From a plasmid, in sequence record NZ_CP072388.1: a stretch of 64,000 nucleotides of DNA; one strand, given 5' to 3'. Shown here one piece after another: positions 55,881-64,000 of the stretch; within the stretch, counting starts at the first letter, position 1, and each line of letters starts with the position of its first letter. Both the position numbers and the translations under genes were made by a program. Under the pieces are notes generated by a model. It made no database searches. It saw nothing but the letters and a program-made list of their open reading frames with translations, and was not told the origin of the DNA.

Positions 55881-56915
55881 GTGGCTCACCAGCCCGCACT
55901 CCGCGCCCGCACCGTCGCCGACGTGCTCGCCTACATCCCCGCGTGCATCGGGTACACCCCGACCGAGAGCATGGTCGTCGTCGCCCGCCGGTCGAGCACC
56001 GGCACCGTCGGCCTGGTCGCTCGCGCGGACCTGTCCGACGTCACGCCCGAGACGGCCGACATGCTCGCCGTGCACGTCGCCAACGACCGCGCCGCGTCCG
56101 CGATCATCGCCCTGTACACCGAGGACCGCGAGCAGGCCGACCGCACCCTCGCGGGCATGACCGAGGCCCTGCACGGCCAGGCCGTCGACGTGTACGACGC
56201 CGTGCAGGTCAGCGCCGACGGGTACGTCGACCTCCACGCGCCGCACCCGGTCGTGCGCCCGCTGTCGGACGTGACCTCGAGCGTGCTCGCCGCCGAACTG
56301 GTCGCCTCCGGCGTCGCCCCGGCGCGTGACCGCGCCGGGCTGCTGCCCGGCGCGGCCGACGAGGCCGCCCAGGACCTCGCCCGCAGTGCGGCCGCCAAGC
56401 ACGCCGCCAAGACGCGCGACGAGCAGACCACCCACGCGCTCGCCACGTGGCGACTCGCGCTCAGCGGCCTGGTCGACGGCCCCGCGATCTACGGCGAACT
56501 CGCGCAGATGCTCACGCACATCAAGGTCCGTGACGCCGCCCTGCTGACCGCCGTCCCCGACGTCGACCCGGACACCGTGACCCAGGTTGTCACCGGGCAG
56601 AACCCGGACGACGACGCCGTGGGCCGCGCGATCGCCGCGATGGTGGACCCGAAGGTCGGCGTCCAGCCCGGTGAGGCCGCCGACGCCGCGCGCGATCTGC
56701 TCGCGCAGATCATCGCGCACGTGCCCACCAGCGCCGCCGCGTGGACGCTGTGGGGCTTCCTCACGTGGTGGACCGGGCAGAACGGCATCGCGGGCGACGC
56801 CATCGACCGCGCGCTCAGCGTCGACGACGGCTATCGCCTGGCCCTGATGCTGCGGGCCGTGCTTCGGGCGGGCCTGCCGCCCGCATGGGTCGTGCGCGAG
56901 CGCGACGCGCAGTGA
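55881..56915 (+). CDS. DUF4192-family protein
   Basis: N-terminal VLAYIPACIGYTPTESMVVV matches the DUF4192 start region. Confidence 0.65.
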   Translation: MAHQPALRARTVADVLAYIPACIGYTPTESMVVVARRSSTGTVGLVARADLSDVTPETADMLAVHVANDRAASAIIALYTEDREQADRTLAGMTEALHGQAVDVYDAVQVSADGYVDLHAPHPVVRPLSDVTSSVLAAELVASGVAPARDRAGLLPGAADEAAQDLARSAAAKHAAKTRDEQTTHALATWRLALSGLVDGPAIYGELAQMLTHIKVRDAALLTAVPDVDPDTVTQVVTGQNPDDDAVGRAIAAMVDPKVGVQPGEAADAARDLLAQIIAHVPTSAAAWTLWGFLTWWTGQNGIAGDAIDRALSVDDGYRLALMLRAVLRAGLPPAWVVRERDAQ

Positions 56916-56924
56916 CACCCGGCG

Positions 56925-57045
56925 CGCGGCCCGTGGGACAGCCCCGCGGGCCGCGCGCCCTCCGCGCGGGGTGCTGCCCGTACCGGCCCATCGAGGGCCG
57001 GCACGAGCACCGGGGAGCTGCCGCCCCCCGGACCCCCGCCTCATC
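56925..57045 (+). terminator. module B copy 1: tandem hairpins
   Basis: CCGCGCG-ccctc-CGCGCGG and GCCGGCCC-atcga-GGGCCGGC. A copy lies at 58910. Confidence 0.45.
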
Positions 57046-57143
57046 CCGACGCGCGTCCCAGCAGACCGCACCGAACCAGCCACCAGCGCCAGGCCGGGGA
57101 GCGGCCCGTGGCCGATGGGGGAGTGCCGGTAGCGGGTGCGCCT

Positions 57144-57495
57144 GGTGGAGCTCGGCCAGGTGCGTGGTGCGCCGGCCGGTGGCCGCCCCGATTCGGTGGC
57201 CGCTGCGCGGCCTGGTGTTCTCCCGCGCTGCGCGCGGGGGAGTCGTCCCCTCCTGGCTCTCCATCATCGACCGCGCGACCCTGCGCGCAACCGACCTCGC
57301 TGCGCGTCCCGGCCCGGCGAAACTCGGCGGCCTGCGGTCGCTGCGCTCCCTGAGCTCGGCCGGCGAGCCCCGCCGTTCCGGGACCGGTCGGTTGCGCTCT
57401 GGGCCGCTTGTGCGGTCGGTGATTACGGAGCCAGGAGGGGGCGAAAAAACGGTCGGGACCACCGGCCACCCACCTGCTGGCGGGAAGGGGCACCC
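57144..57495 (+). repeat. leader/promoter module A, copy 2
   Basis: Near-identical to copy 3 over ~300 bp. Ends at the ATG of the ParB-domain gene. Confidence 0.6.
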
Positions 57496-58902
57496 ATGAC
57501 CACCGACACCACGGCCACTCAGGCCGAGACGACCACCACCGCCGACGGCGCGGAGTTCGCCCACGTCGACCCGCGCACCCTGGTTGTCGGCGTGAACGTG
57601 CGCGCCGACGCCGACCTCACGCCCGCGTTCGTCGGCTCGATCAAGCAGCACGGAGTCCTGCAGCCCGTGCGCGTGCGCCGCGACGACGACGGCACGCTCG
57701 TCGTCCTGCACGGCCAGCGCCGCACCCTGGGCGCGATCGAGGCGGGCCAGGCGACGATCCCCGCGTACATCGTGACCAGCAGCGGCGAGGGCGCGCAGCG
57801 CATCGTGGAGCAGTTGGCCGAGAACGACCATCGCGAGGACATGCGCGACAGCCACCGCACCGCCGCCTACCGTCAGCTCTCGCTCGAGTTTGGGCTGAGC
57901 GCGGCGCAGATCGCCAAGCGCACCGGCACGAAGAAGGCCGTCGTCCAGGCCACGCTCACCGTGGCCGAGTCCCAGGTCGCCGCCGCCGTGCAGGCCAAGT
58001 ACGACCTGCCGCTGGATGTGGCCGCCGCCCTGGCGGAGTTCGACGACGACACTGAGACCGTCAAGAACCTGACCGCCGTCGCGGTCAAGGAGCCTGGCCG
58101 CTTCGCCCACGAGGCTCAGCGCGCGCGTGACGAGCGCCAGCGCGCCGCCGAGGTCGCCGCCGCCCGCGAGACCCTGACCGCACAGAACGTGACCGAGGTC
58201 GAGCGCCCCGACTACAACGACGCCAAGGTCCAGCACCTGGCTCGACTCAAGCCCACCAACGACGACCCGAACGGCACCGACCTGACCCCCGAGGCGCACG
58301 CCGAGTGCCCCGGTCACGCGGCGTACATCGCCGCGCAGTGGAACCGCGTCGAGATCGTCTACGTCTGCACGAACTGGCGCACCCACGGCCACGCCGACCG
58401 CTACGGCACCACCAGCACCCAGCGCACCGGACCGATGAGCGAGGCCGAGAAGGCCGAGCGCAAGCAGGTCATCGAGAACAACAAGGCGTGGAAGTCCGCC
58501 GAGACCGTGCGCCGGACCTGGCTCGCGGAGTTCGCCCAGCGCAAGACCGCCCCCAAGGGCGCCGCCGAGTACATCGCCCACGCGATCGCCACCGAAACCC
58601 ACACCCTGCGACGCGCAGGAGAGCGCGGACACACACTGGCCAGCGAATGGCTCGGCATCAAGACCGAGACCAGCCCGTACCCGACCGGACGCGGCCTGGC
58701 CGACCTCATCGCCAAGGCCACCCCCAGCCGCGCCCAGCACATCGCGCTCGTCCTCGCCCTCGCCGCACGCGAGGCCGAGACCGGCGTGCAGACCTGGCGC
58801 CGCGAAGGCGCCGAACAGACCTACCTCAGCGCACTCGAAACCTGGGGCTACACCCTCAGCGACGTCGAGCAGATCGCCCGAGGCCAGGCGCCCACCGAGT
58901 AG
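57496..58902 (+). CDS. ParB/Sulfiredoxin-domain (ParB-like nuclease) protein
   Basis: N-terminal ParB N-domain VVGVNVRADADL...IKQHGVLQPVRVRRDDDGTLVVLHGQRRTLGA. Confidence 0.75.
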   Translation: MTTDTTATQAETTTTADGAEFAHVDPRTLVVGVNVRADADLTPAFVGSIKQHGVLQPVRVRRDDDGTLVVLHGQRRTLGAIEAGQATIPAYIVTSSGEGAQRIVEQLAENDHREDMRDSHRTAAYRQLSLEFGLSAAQIAKRTGTKKAVVQATLTVAESQVAAAVQAKYDLPLDVAAALAEFDDDTETVKNLTAVAVKEPGRFAHEAQRARDERQRAAEVAAARETLTAQNVTEVERPDYNDAKVQHLARLKPTNDDPNGTDLTPEAHAECPGHAAYIAAQWNRVEIVYVCTNWRTHGHADRYGTTSTQRTGPMSEAEKAERKQVIENNKAWKSAETVRRTWLAEFAQRKTAPKGAAEYIAHAIATETHTLRRAGERGHTLASEWLGIKTETSPYPTGRGLADLIAKATPSRAQHIALVLALAAREAETGVQTWRREGAEQTYLSALETWGYTLSDVEQIARGQAPTE

Positions 58903-58909
58903 CACCCAG

Positions 58910-59028
58910 CGCGGTCCGTGGGACAGACCCGCGGGCCGCGCACCCGGGTGCGCGCGCTGCCTGCGCCGGCCCATCGAGGGCCGGCGCAGACACCGGGGAG
59001 CTGCCGCCCCCCGAACCCCCGCCTCGGC
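58910..59028 (+). terminator. module B copy 2: tandem hairpins
   Basis: GCGCGCAC-ccgg-GTGCGCGC and GCCGGCCC-atcga-GGGCCGGC. Confidence 0.45.
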
Positions 59029-59192
59029 ATGAGTACCGGATCAGAAGAACGCCACCGTGGCCGACGGTCGAGATTTCAACGAGGAACTTCCGAGCCTACG
59101 TGCGGCTGCCGTGATGACCAGGTGCGATTGGCCTCGAGGTGGCCGGATTCCGCGCTTTCATCGTCTGGGTCGGTTGCATAGAACCCGAACGC

Positions 59193-60542
59193 TCATGGCG
59201 ACGAGAGGGTCGCGACTCGCCAGTTGAGGCTATTTGCGACTTCGTAGACGGAGGCTGCGAATCCGTACGGGCTGCATCCGCGGCCGTTCGGCTGCGCAGC
59301 AGGGACCCCGTTGCAGTTGTCCAGGACCCACTCCTCGTCTTCGAACCAGTAGATCCCCGAGATGACGCCCAGAGCGCGTGGTCGGAAGCCCGCGTCGACG
59401 GAAACCAAGTCGAACACGGGGCCACCGCTGTCTCCGCTGCCCCACAGCGGTTCGCCGAGTTGGTTGACGATACGAGCGACCTTTGCGCTGGTGATGTCGG
59501 TGTCCTCATACTCGACGAAATAGTCGGTTTCGACGACCTGCCCACCGCAGGTCATGCCGGAGTACGATCCCGAGCTGCAGACCTCTTGTCCGAGAAGATA
59601 GCCAGTGGAGACTGCCTCCACGCCGACGTACTGGGTGCTCGTGTACTCGCCGATGTACATGTAGGGGTTCGACCAGTCCTGCGTCAGGACGGCGCCGTCG
59701 AGGCTTGTGAGCCGGTGCGTCATGTTGCCGTAGTGGTAGGCCATGAGGCCGCCTTCAGACATGGCGGTACGGACCCATTGGGAGTTGATCGGACCGCAGT
59801 GGGCGGCGGTGACCATCCCGTAGTCGCCGGTGACCTTGTGTCGGGTGGCGAAAGCGGTGCTGCAGTTGCCACGGAGGTAGCCGTCCTGGAACCGGCTTAT
59901 CCGGGCGCCGCCCAAGTGCAGGTTGTCGGACAGTCGGGCGGGGTTGTTCTGGACGTTCTCGTTGACGCGCACCGGCACGCCGGCGATCTCGCTCAGCTCG
60001 TTGGCTACTTCGTCGCGATCGGGGCTCGCGCTGCGGCGTGCACCGGTTGACGTGCTCTGGTCAAGGTCCACATAGACGCCAGAGGCGTCGGCGTTGACGC
60101 CCGCGCCGGCGACCTTTGCACCGCCCACCTCGGTGCCGGGAAGACTTGCCGCGGCCCGGCGGAGGTCTCCAGGGAGGTACGGGGCGGCAGTAACCGCCAA
60201 GTTCTCCGACGGCGTCAGGTCAGCTGGGACGTCCCCGTACCACGCGACAGACAGGTGGGACCGGTCGTCCGAGATGGCGAGCGTGCCGAGGCGGTCGTCG
60301 GAGCCGTAGCGCTTCCTGATCTCGTCGGCCTTGGCGGCCACAACCTCGGGAATGGCGGGCGTGTGAAGGTGCTGCGCCAGGTCAGACGGGTCGAGGACTG
60401 ACCGTTGATCGACGGGGCCCTGTACATCGGGCTCAGGCGGCGGGACGGGCGAGTTCGTCGCGTGTGCAGCGATCCCCCCGCACAGAGAGAGCGAGACGGC
60501 GGCGACGAGCGCATAGCTGCCGCGTTGCAGCCTGGACTTCAT
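59193..60542 (-). CDS. secreted S1-family (chymotrypsin/streptogrisin-like) serine protease with pro-region
   Basis: Signal peptide. TAAHCG (His) and GDSGGPV (Ser) motifs. Low GC. Confidence 0.8.
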   Translation of the reverse strand: MKSRLQRGSYALVAAVSLSLCGGIAAHATNSPVPPPEPDVQGPVDQRSVLDPSDLAQHLHTPAIPEVVAAKADEIRKRYGSDDRLGTLAISDDRSHLSVAWYGDVPADLTPSENLAVTAAPYLPGDLRRAAASLPGTEVGGAKVAGAGVNADASGVYVDLDQSTSTGARRSASPDRDEVANELSEIAGVPVRVNENVQNNPARLSDNLHLGGARISRFQDGYLRGNCSTAFATRHKVTGDYGMVTAAHCGPINSQWVRTAMSEGGLMAYHYGNMTHRLTSLDGAVLTQDWSNPYMYIGEYTSTQYVGVEAVSTGYLLGQEVCSSGSYSGMTCGGQVVETDYFVEYEDTDITSAKVARIVNQLGEPLWGSGDSGGPVFDLVSVDAGFRPRALGVISGIYWFEDEEWVLDNCNGVPAAQPNGRGCSPYGFAASVYEVANSLNWRVATLSSP

Positions 60543-60550
60543 GTTTCCCC

Positions 60551-61003
60551 CTACGTTGTCGTATGCGGTACCGCTTTGCCATTAACGAGAACCTCGACAG
60601 CGTCGTCGACGGAATTCTCGACCGGGATCTCCACAACGTGACTAAAAGGAACGCTATCCGCGGTGCAGCTCATGTTGTTGCTGCGCGCCATCTCGAGAGC
60701 GAGAGTTGTCGATCCTTGCCAAGCGATCCCCACCGGGATCGCTGGGCAGCTGGAACTACCCCAGGACGTGACCGTGAGCGTCGGCGGCTCGGCGGTCGGG
60801 TCGATGACTACATTCGACTGCCCCTCCGGCGGTGGCCTGAGCGTCGAGTCCTCGGTGGGAAACGAGTCGACAGCGATCGAGACAGCGGGCACGCCAGTCC
60901 TGGATGCGGGAGGCGGGTCACTAGAGGGCGCCGCACAGCCGGTGATGACGCCAACGACGAGCAACCCAGTGAAAAGCACCGGCACGTAGGCGGCTCGCCT
61001 CAT
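60551..61003 (-). CDS. lipoprotein, co-transcribed upstream of the protease
   Basis: Lipobox VITGCA. 9-nt gap to the protease start. Confidence 0.5.
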   Translation of the reverse strand: MRRAAYVPVLFTGLLVVGVITGCAAPSSDPPPASRTGVPAVSIAVDSFPTEDSTLRPPPEGQSNVVIDPTAEPPTLTVTSWGSSSCPAIPVGIAWQGSTTLALEMARSNNMSCTADSVPFSHVVEIPVENSVDDAVEVLVNGKAVPHTTT

Positions 61004-61243
61004 TGACTATCCCCCAAAGTCAAGGTGGTGGAAGGAGAGTGCCATAAGTTCGGATGGTCGACAAGGGTCGGGCGCGCGGTCCGTGCTCGGCCGCGAACGA
61101 GTAAGGGGCACGTTGAGCGTCTGAGCGTGGCGAGACTCAGCCGCGTCGCTCGCCGAAGATCAGGGTGCTCGAGGGCGCGTTCTTGCGCGGTGCAGGGGCA
61201 CGGCAGATCCCTGCGCCTTGAGGCCCGCTGCGCGGGCTGTTCG

Positions 61244-61539
61244 TGCCGCTGCGCGGCCCGGTGTTGTCCCGCGCTGCGCGCGGGGGAGTCGTCCCCTCCT
61301 GGCTCTCCATCATCGACCGCGCGACCCTGCGCGCAACCGACCTCGCTGCGCGTCCCGGCCCGGCGAAACTCGGCGGCCTGCGGTCGCTGCGCTCCCTGAG
61401 CTCGGCCGGCGAGCCCCGCCGTTCCGGGACCGGTCGGTTGCGCTCTGGGCCGCTTGTGCGGTCGGTGATTACGGAGCCAGGAGGGGGCGAAAAACGGTCG
61501 GGACCACCGGCCACCCACCTGCTGGCGGGAAGGGTCACC
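61244..61539 (+). repeat. leader/promoter module A, copy 3
   Basis: See copies 1 and 2. Ends at ATG 61540. Confidence 0.6.
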
Positions 61540-61929
61540 ATGACCACCAACTCCGCGCACGTCTTCGGTGAGCCGATCCACGTCTACACCCGCGCCCGGG
61601 CCCTGGCCGACGGCGTCCTGGTCGACGCCGGGCCGCTGGCCGGTGAGGCAGGGTTCCGCTGGCCCGTCGCGCTCACCCAGGCGGCTCACGCCGAGGCTGT
61701 CACCTGGAACCCCGAGCACGGCCCCGGGCAGGACGAGACCGGCCGACTGTGGGACGTGCTCTGGCTCGCCACCATCGCGGCCCGCGCGGGCCGCTCCCGG
61801 TTTACCGTGGCCCGCGTCCCCAATCTCCCGGGCCAGGACGAGGCCCAGGGCCTCGACCTCGTGCTCCACGTCGGCCCCGGCGACACGGGCGAACCGGTCG
61901 TGACGATCAGCCTCCCCGGCGAGGACTGA
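61540..61929 (+). CDS. hypothetical protein (mobile-element associated)
   Basis: 129-aa ORF preceded by module A and GGGAAGGG. Confidence 0.5.
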   Translation: MTTNSAHVFGEPIHVYTRARALADGVLVDAGPLAGEAGFRWPVALTQAAHAEAVTWNPEHGPGQDETGRLWDVLWLATIAARAGRSRFTVARVPNLPGQDEAQGLDLVLHVGPGDTGEPVVTISLPGED

Positions 61930-62004
61930 CCGCCACCGCGGCGGGCCAGCAGCGGCCCGCCGCGGCCCCACGCCCGACCGGCCCCGGCCCACGAAGGGAC
62001 CACC

Positions 62005-62337
62005 ATGACCACCGAGCACCAGACCATGCGCCAGCGCGTGGCCGCCATCAACTCCCACCCCGCCGAGCTCGAGCCCGAGCAGCGCGCCGCGCTCGAGGAG
62101 CGCGTCCGTCGCCGCCTGCCCGGCTACCCCGACCAGTACGTCATCCAGTACGCGAACGGCGATGCCGATTTCGCGCTCTGGCTCGCCCTGGTCGACGTCC
62201 GGCTCATGCGCCGAATCTGGCTCACCCACCGCGCTATCGCGGACCGCCCCTGGCGCGAGGACTACGACGCGGGCCGCGACCCCATCGACGCCGCCGACGA
62301 GGCGGCCGAGGAGGAAGCCGGCCACCACTTCGACTGA
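62005..62337 (+). CDS. hypothetical protein
   Basis: 110-aa ORF with an acidic C-terminus. Confidence 0.4.
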   Translation: MTTEHQTMRQRVAAINSHPAELEPEQRAALEERVRRRLPGYPDQYVIQYANGDADFALWLALVDVRLMRRIWLTHRAIADRPWREDYDAGRDPIDAADEAAEEEAGHHFD

Positions 62338-62487
62338 ACCACCAGCGGGCCGGGCGCAAGAACGCCCGGCCCGCCCCTCACCTGAGGTATACATACAGAT
62401 GCGCTAGATGTATACTTGAGGTGTTGGAAGGGCACGCAACGGCCGGAGACCACCGGCCACCCGGCACCAACGCAAAGGAGGGCCCTC

Positions 62488-62769
62488 GTGGCTCAGCACA
62501 CCATCGCCGCCCAGGACGCGAGCCGCGCGTCGTTCGAGGCCAGCATCGAGGCCGCCAAGCGCCACGCGCGGGAGACCGGCGAGGACCTGTACGACGTGCT
62601 GGATCGGATGGACCGCAACGACGCGAGCGTCGTCCCGGCGATCCACCCCCTGATCAGCGCCGACAAGGCCCACCTGGCCCAGCGCATGCGCGGCGCCCTG
62701 TGGATCGATCCGACCGGACGCCGCACCTACACCCCGCCCGCGCGCACCCTGGGCGAGCTGCTCGCCTGA
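62488..62769 (+). CDS. hypothetical protein
   Basis: AAGGAGG RBS 6 nt before GTG. Preceded by an AT-rich palindrome. Confidence 0.5.
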   Translation: MAQHTIAAQDASRASFEASIEAAKRHARETGEDLYDVLDRMDRNDASVVPAIHPLISADKAHLAQRMRGALWIDPTGRRTYTPPARTLGELLA

Positions 62770-62849
62770 CGTGCCCGGTGGGTCGGGAAGGAGACTTCCC
62801 GGCCCACCGGCTGGCCCACCCAGAACCGCACGCGAGCAGGAGAGCGCCC

Positions 62850-63791
62850 ATGCTGACCATCACCCACACCCGCGAGGCTGGAACCCTTATCGACGGGACC
62901 GAGCGCGGCGACGGAACGAACGTCATCCTCAAGGCCAACGGCTGGCGGTTCAGCCGCAGCCTGGCCGGTTGGTTCATCCCGCAGTCGCGGGACCGCGCCG
63001 TCAAGGCGTGGAAGATCAACGCGACCGCGGCCGCGCTGCGCGAGGCCGGCCACACGGTCGAGGTCCACGTCGACGACACCGCCCGCCCGGCCGCCGTCGT
63101 CGAGGCCGACAAGATCGCCCGACAGGCCGACCGCACCGCGGCCCTGGCCGCCAAGGCTGACCGCAAGACCGCCGCCGCCGATGCCGCCTACGCCCGGCAC
63201 GAGGCCGCCGTCGAGCGGCTGCCCGAGGGAGGGGAGCCGATCAAGATCGGCCACCACTCCGAGAAGCGCCACCGCCGCGACACCGAGCGCGCATGGTCCA
63301 CGCTCGGCACCGCCGTCCACGCCCAGCGCGACGCCGAGGACGCCCAGGAGGCAGCGGCGACCGCCGCCGCGACGACCGGCGCCCGGTACAACCCCGTCAC
63401 CGTCGGGAACAGGATCGACCGGCTGGCCGCACAGATCCGCAAGTACGAGCGCGAGCTGGTCGCGCCGGTCTACGACCTCGACACCGGATACCGGCCCGCG
63501 ACCGAGCACGAGCAGGCCCGGCGCCGTCGACGCCTCGAGCCGGCCATCGCCGAGACCCGCGACAACCTCGCGCACTGGCAGGACGTGCGCGCCCAGCAGA
63601 TCGCCGACGGCACCGTCACCGCATACGGGCCGCACAACGTCGCCAAGGGCGACGAGGTCAAGATCGGCCACTGGTGGCGACGCGTCGCCCGCGTCAACGC
63701 CAAGTCCGTGAGCGTCGAGACCGACTACTCCTGGACCGACCGCGCCCCGTGGCACGAGGTCACCGACCACCGCCCGGCCCAGGCCACGTGA
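62850..63791 (+). CDS. DUF3560-family protein
   Basis: GWRFSRSL...GHHSEKRHRRD motifs. Confidence 0.6.
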   Translation: MLTITHTREAGTLIDGTERGDGTNVILKANGWRFSRSLAGWFIPQSRDRAVKAWKINATAAALREAGHTVEVHVDDTARPAAVVEADKIARQADRTAALAAKADRKTAAADAAYARHEAAVERLPEGGEPIKIGHHSEKRHRRDTERAWSTLGTAVHAQRDAEDAQEAAATAAATTGARYNPVTVGNRIDRLAAQIRKYERELVAPVYDLDTGYRPATEHEQARRRRRLEPAIAETRDNLAHWQDVRAQQIADGTVTAYGPHNVAKGDEVKIGHWWRRVARVNAKSVSVETDYSWTDRAPWHEVTDHRPAQAT

Positions 63792-63859
63792 CCGACAGCC
63801 AGGGCGGGCCGCACCCGGCCCGCCCTGGCCCAGCCCGTACCGACACCAGGAGAACCGCC

Positions 63860-64000
63860 ATGACCACCGCCACCGCACCCCGAACCCGTAGGCTCACCCG
63901 TGCACGCCGCGCCGCCGTGGGGGACTTGCCGCCCCCCACACCCCCCGCCTCCGGCGCGGCTCACCACCGCCTGCAACCCCGAGGTGCCCTTCCCATGACC
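63860..64000 (+). CDS. hypothetical protein, 3'-truncated by window end
   Basis: ATG ORF running off the window. Confidence 0.3.
   Translation, partial: MTTATAPRTRRLTRARRAAVGDLPPPTPPASGAAHHRLQPRGALPMT

Larger units (their letters stand above)
25300..64000. mobile_element. candidate integrated conjugative element / integrated plasmid (actinobacterial T4SS type)
   Basis: Co-localised T4SS (TraG, VirB4, SCO6880-like, TrbL-like, M15 hydrolase), PrimPol Rep, ParA/ParG with iterons, and DUF4192/DUF3560/DUF4913/ParB-nuclease genes. GC mosaic. The right end lies outside the window, and no relaxase or integrase is seen inside this span. Confidence 0.5.

Noticed and set aside
57136-57495. Module A as an N-terminal coding extension of the ParB-domain gene (in-frame, no stop), or as an independent ~100-aa gene (55528.., 56741.., 61243..)
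   Set aside because: The three copies differ by indels that break frame conservation while nucleotide identity stays high. This behaves as non-coding DNA.

Overview
High-GC (~70%) actinobacterial chromosome segment (Micrococcales-like codon usage), read in three blocks.

Block 1, ~1-4500: core genes. MFS transporter C-terminal fragment, SulP/STAS anion transporter, a small Cys-rich DUF2180-like protein, RNase J.

Block 2, ~4560-20400: a dense arsenic/phosphate island.
- Three ArsR regulators with different Cys signatures.
- FAD oxidoreductase plus a PAT-family (ArsN1-like) GNAT.
- A complete pstSCAB operon with a PHO-box-like direct repeat, an atypical OmpR-type winged-helix regulator and a thrice-repeated ATAGA-N6-TCTAT palindrome.
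- A long minus-strand operon trxB-trxA-acr3-arsR/arsC fusion, then arsC, arsR and a second arsR/arsC fusion; the first four genes have overlapping start and stop codons.
- An arsR(C-terminal CC)/flavin monooxygenase/MFS module.

Block 2 boundary, 20427-24151: two translationally coupled tyrosine recombinases (842 aa and 399 aa, Tn554 TnpB/TnpA-like pair) abut a 5'-truncated ATP-dependent DNA ligase gene. This marks an insertion boundary.

Block 3, ~25300-64000: looks like an integrated conjugative element or plasmid.
- A LexA (Cheo) box upstream of an orphan ImuA/SulA-like RecA-fold gene.
- A low-GC islet carrying an Abi_2 abortive-infection gene.
- An actinobacterial-type T4SS: TraG/VirD4, VirB4-like ATPase, SCO6880-like and TrbL-like membrane proteins, M15 cell-wall hydrolase, TadZ/ParA-like ATPase, DUF4913.
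- A PrimPol-domain replication protein.
- ParA plus an RHH ParG-like partition pair flanked on both sides by AT-rich arrays of the 9-mer ATGCATGAA/TTCATGCAT.
- An Arch_ATPase-like AAA protein.
- A triplicated ~300-350 bp promoter/leader module (A) and a duplicated ~120 bp double-hairpin module (B) bracketing DUF4192, ParB-nuclease-domain and hypothetical genes.
- A low-GC S1 protease/lipoprotein cassette, and a DUF3560 gene.

Many long ORFs in the six-frame track are antisense or alternate-frame artefacts of high GC; I did not call them.
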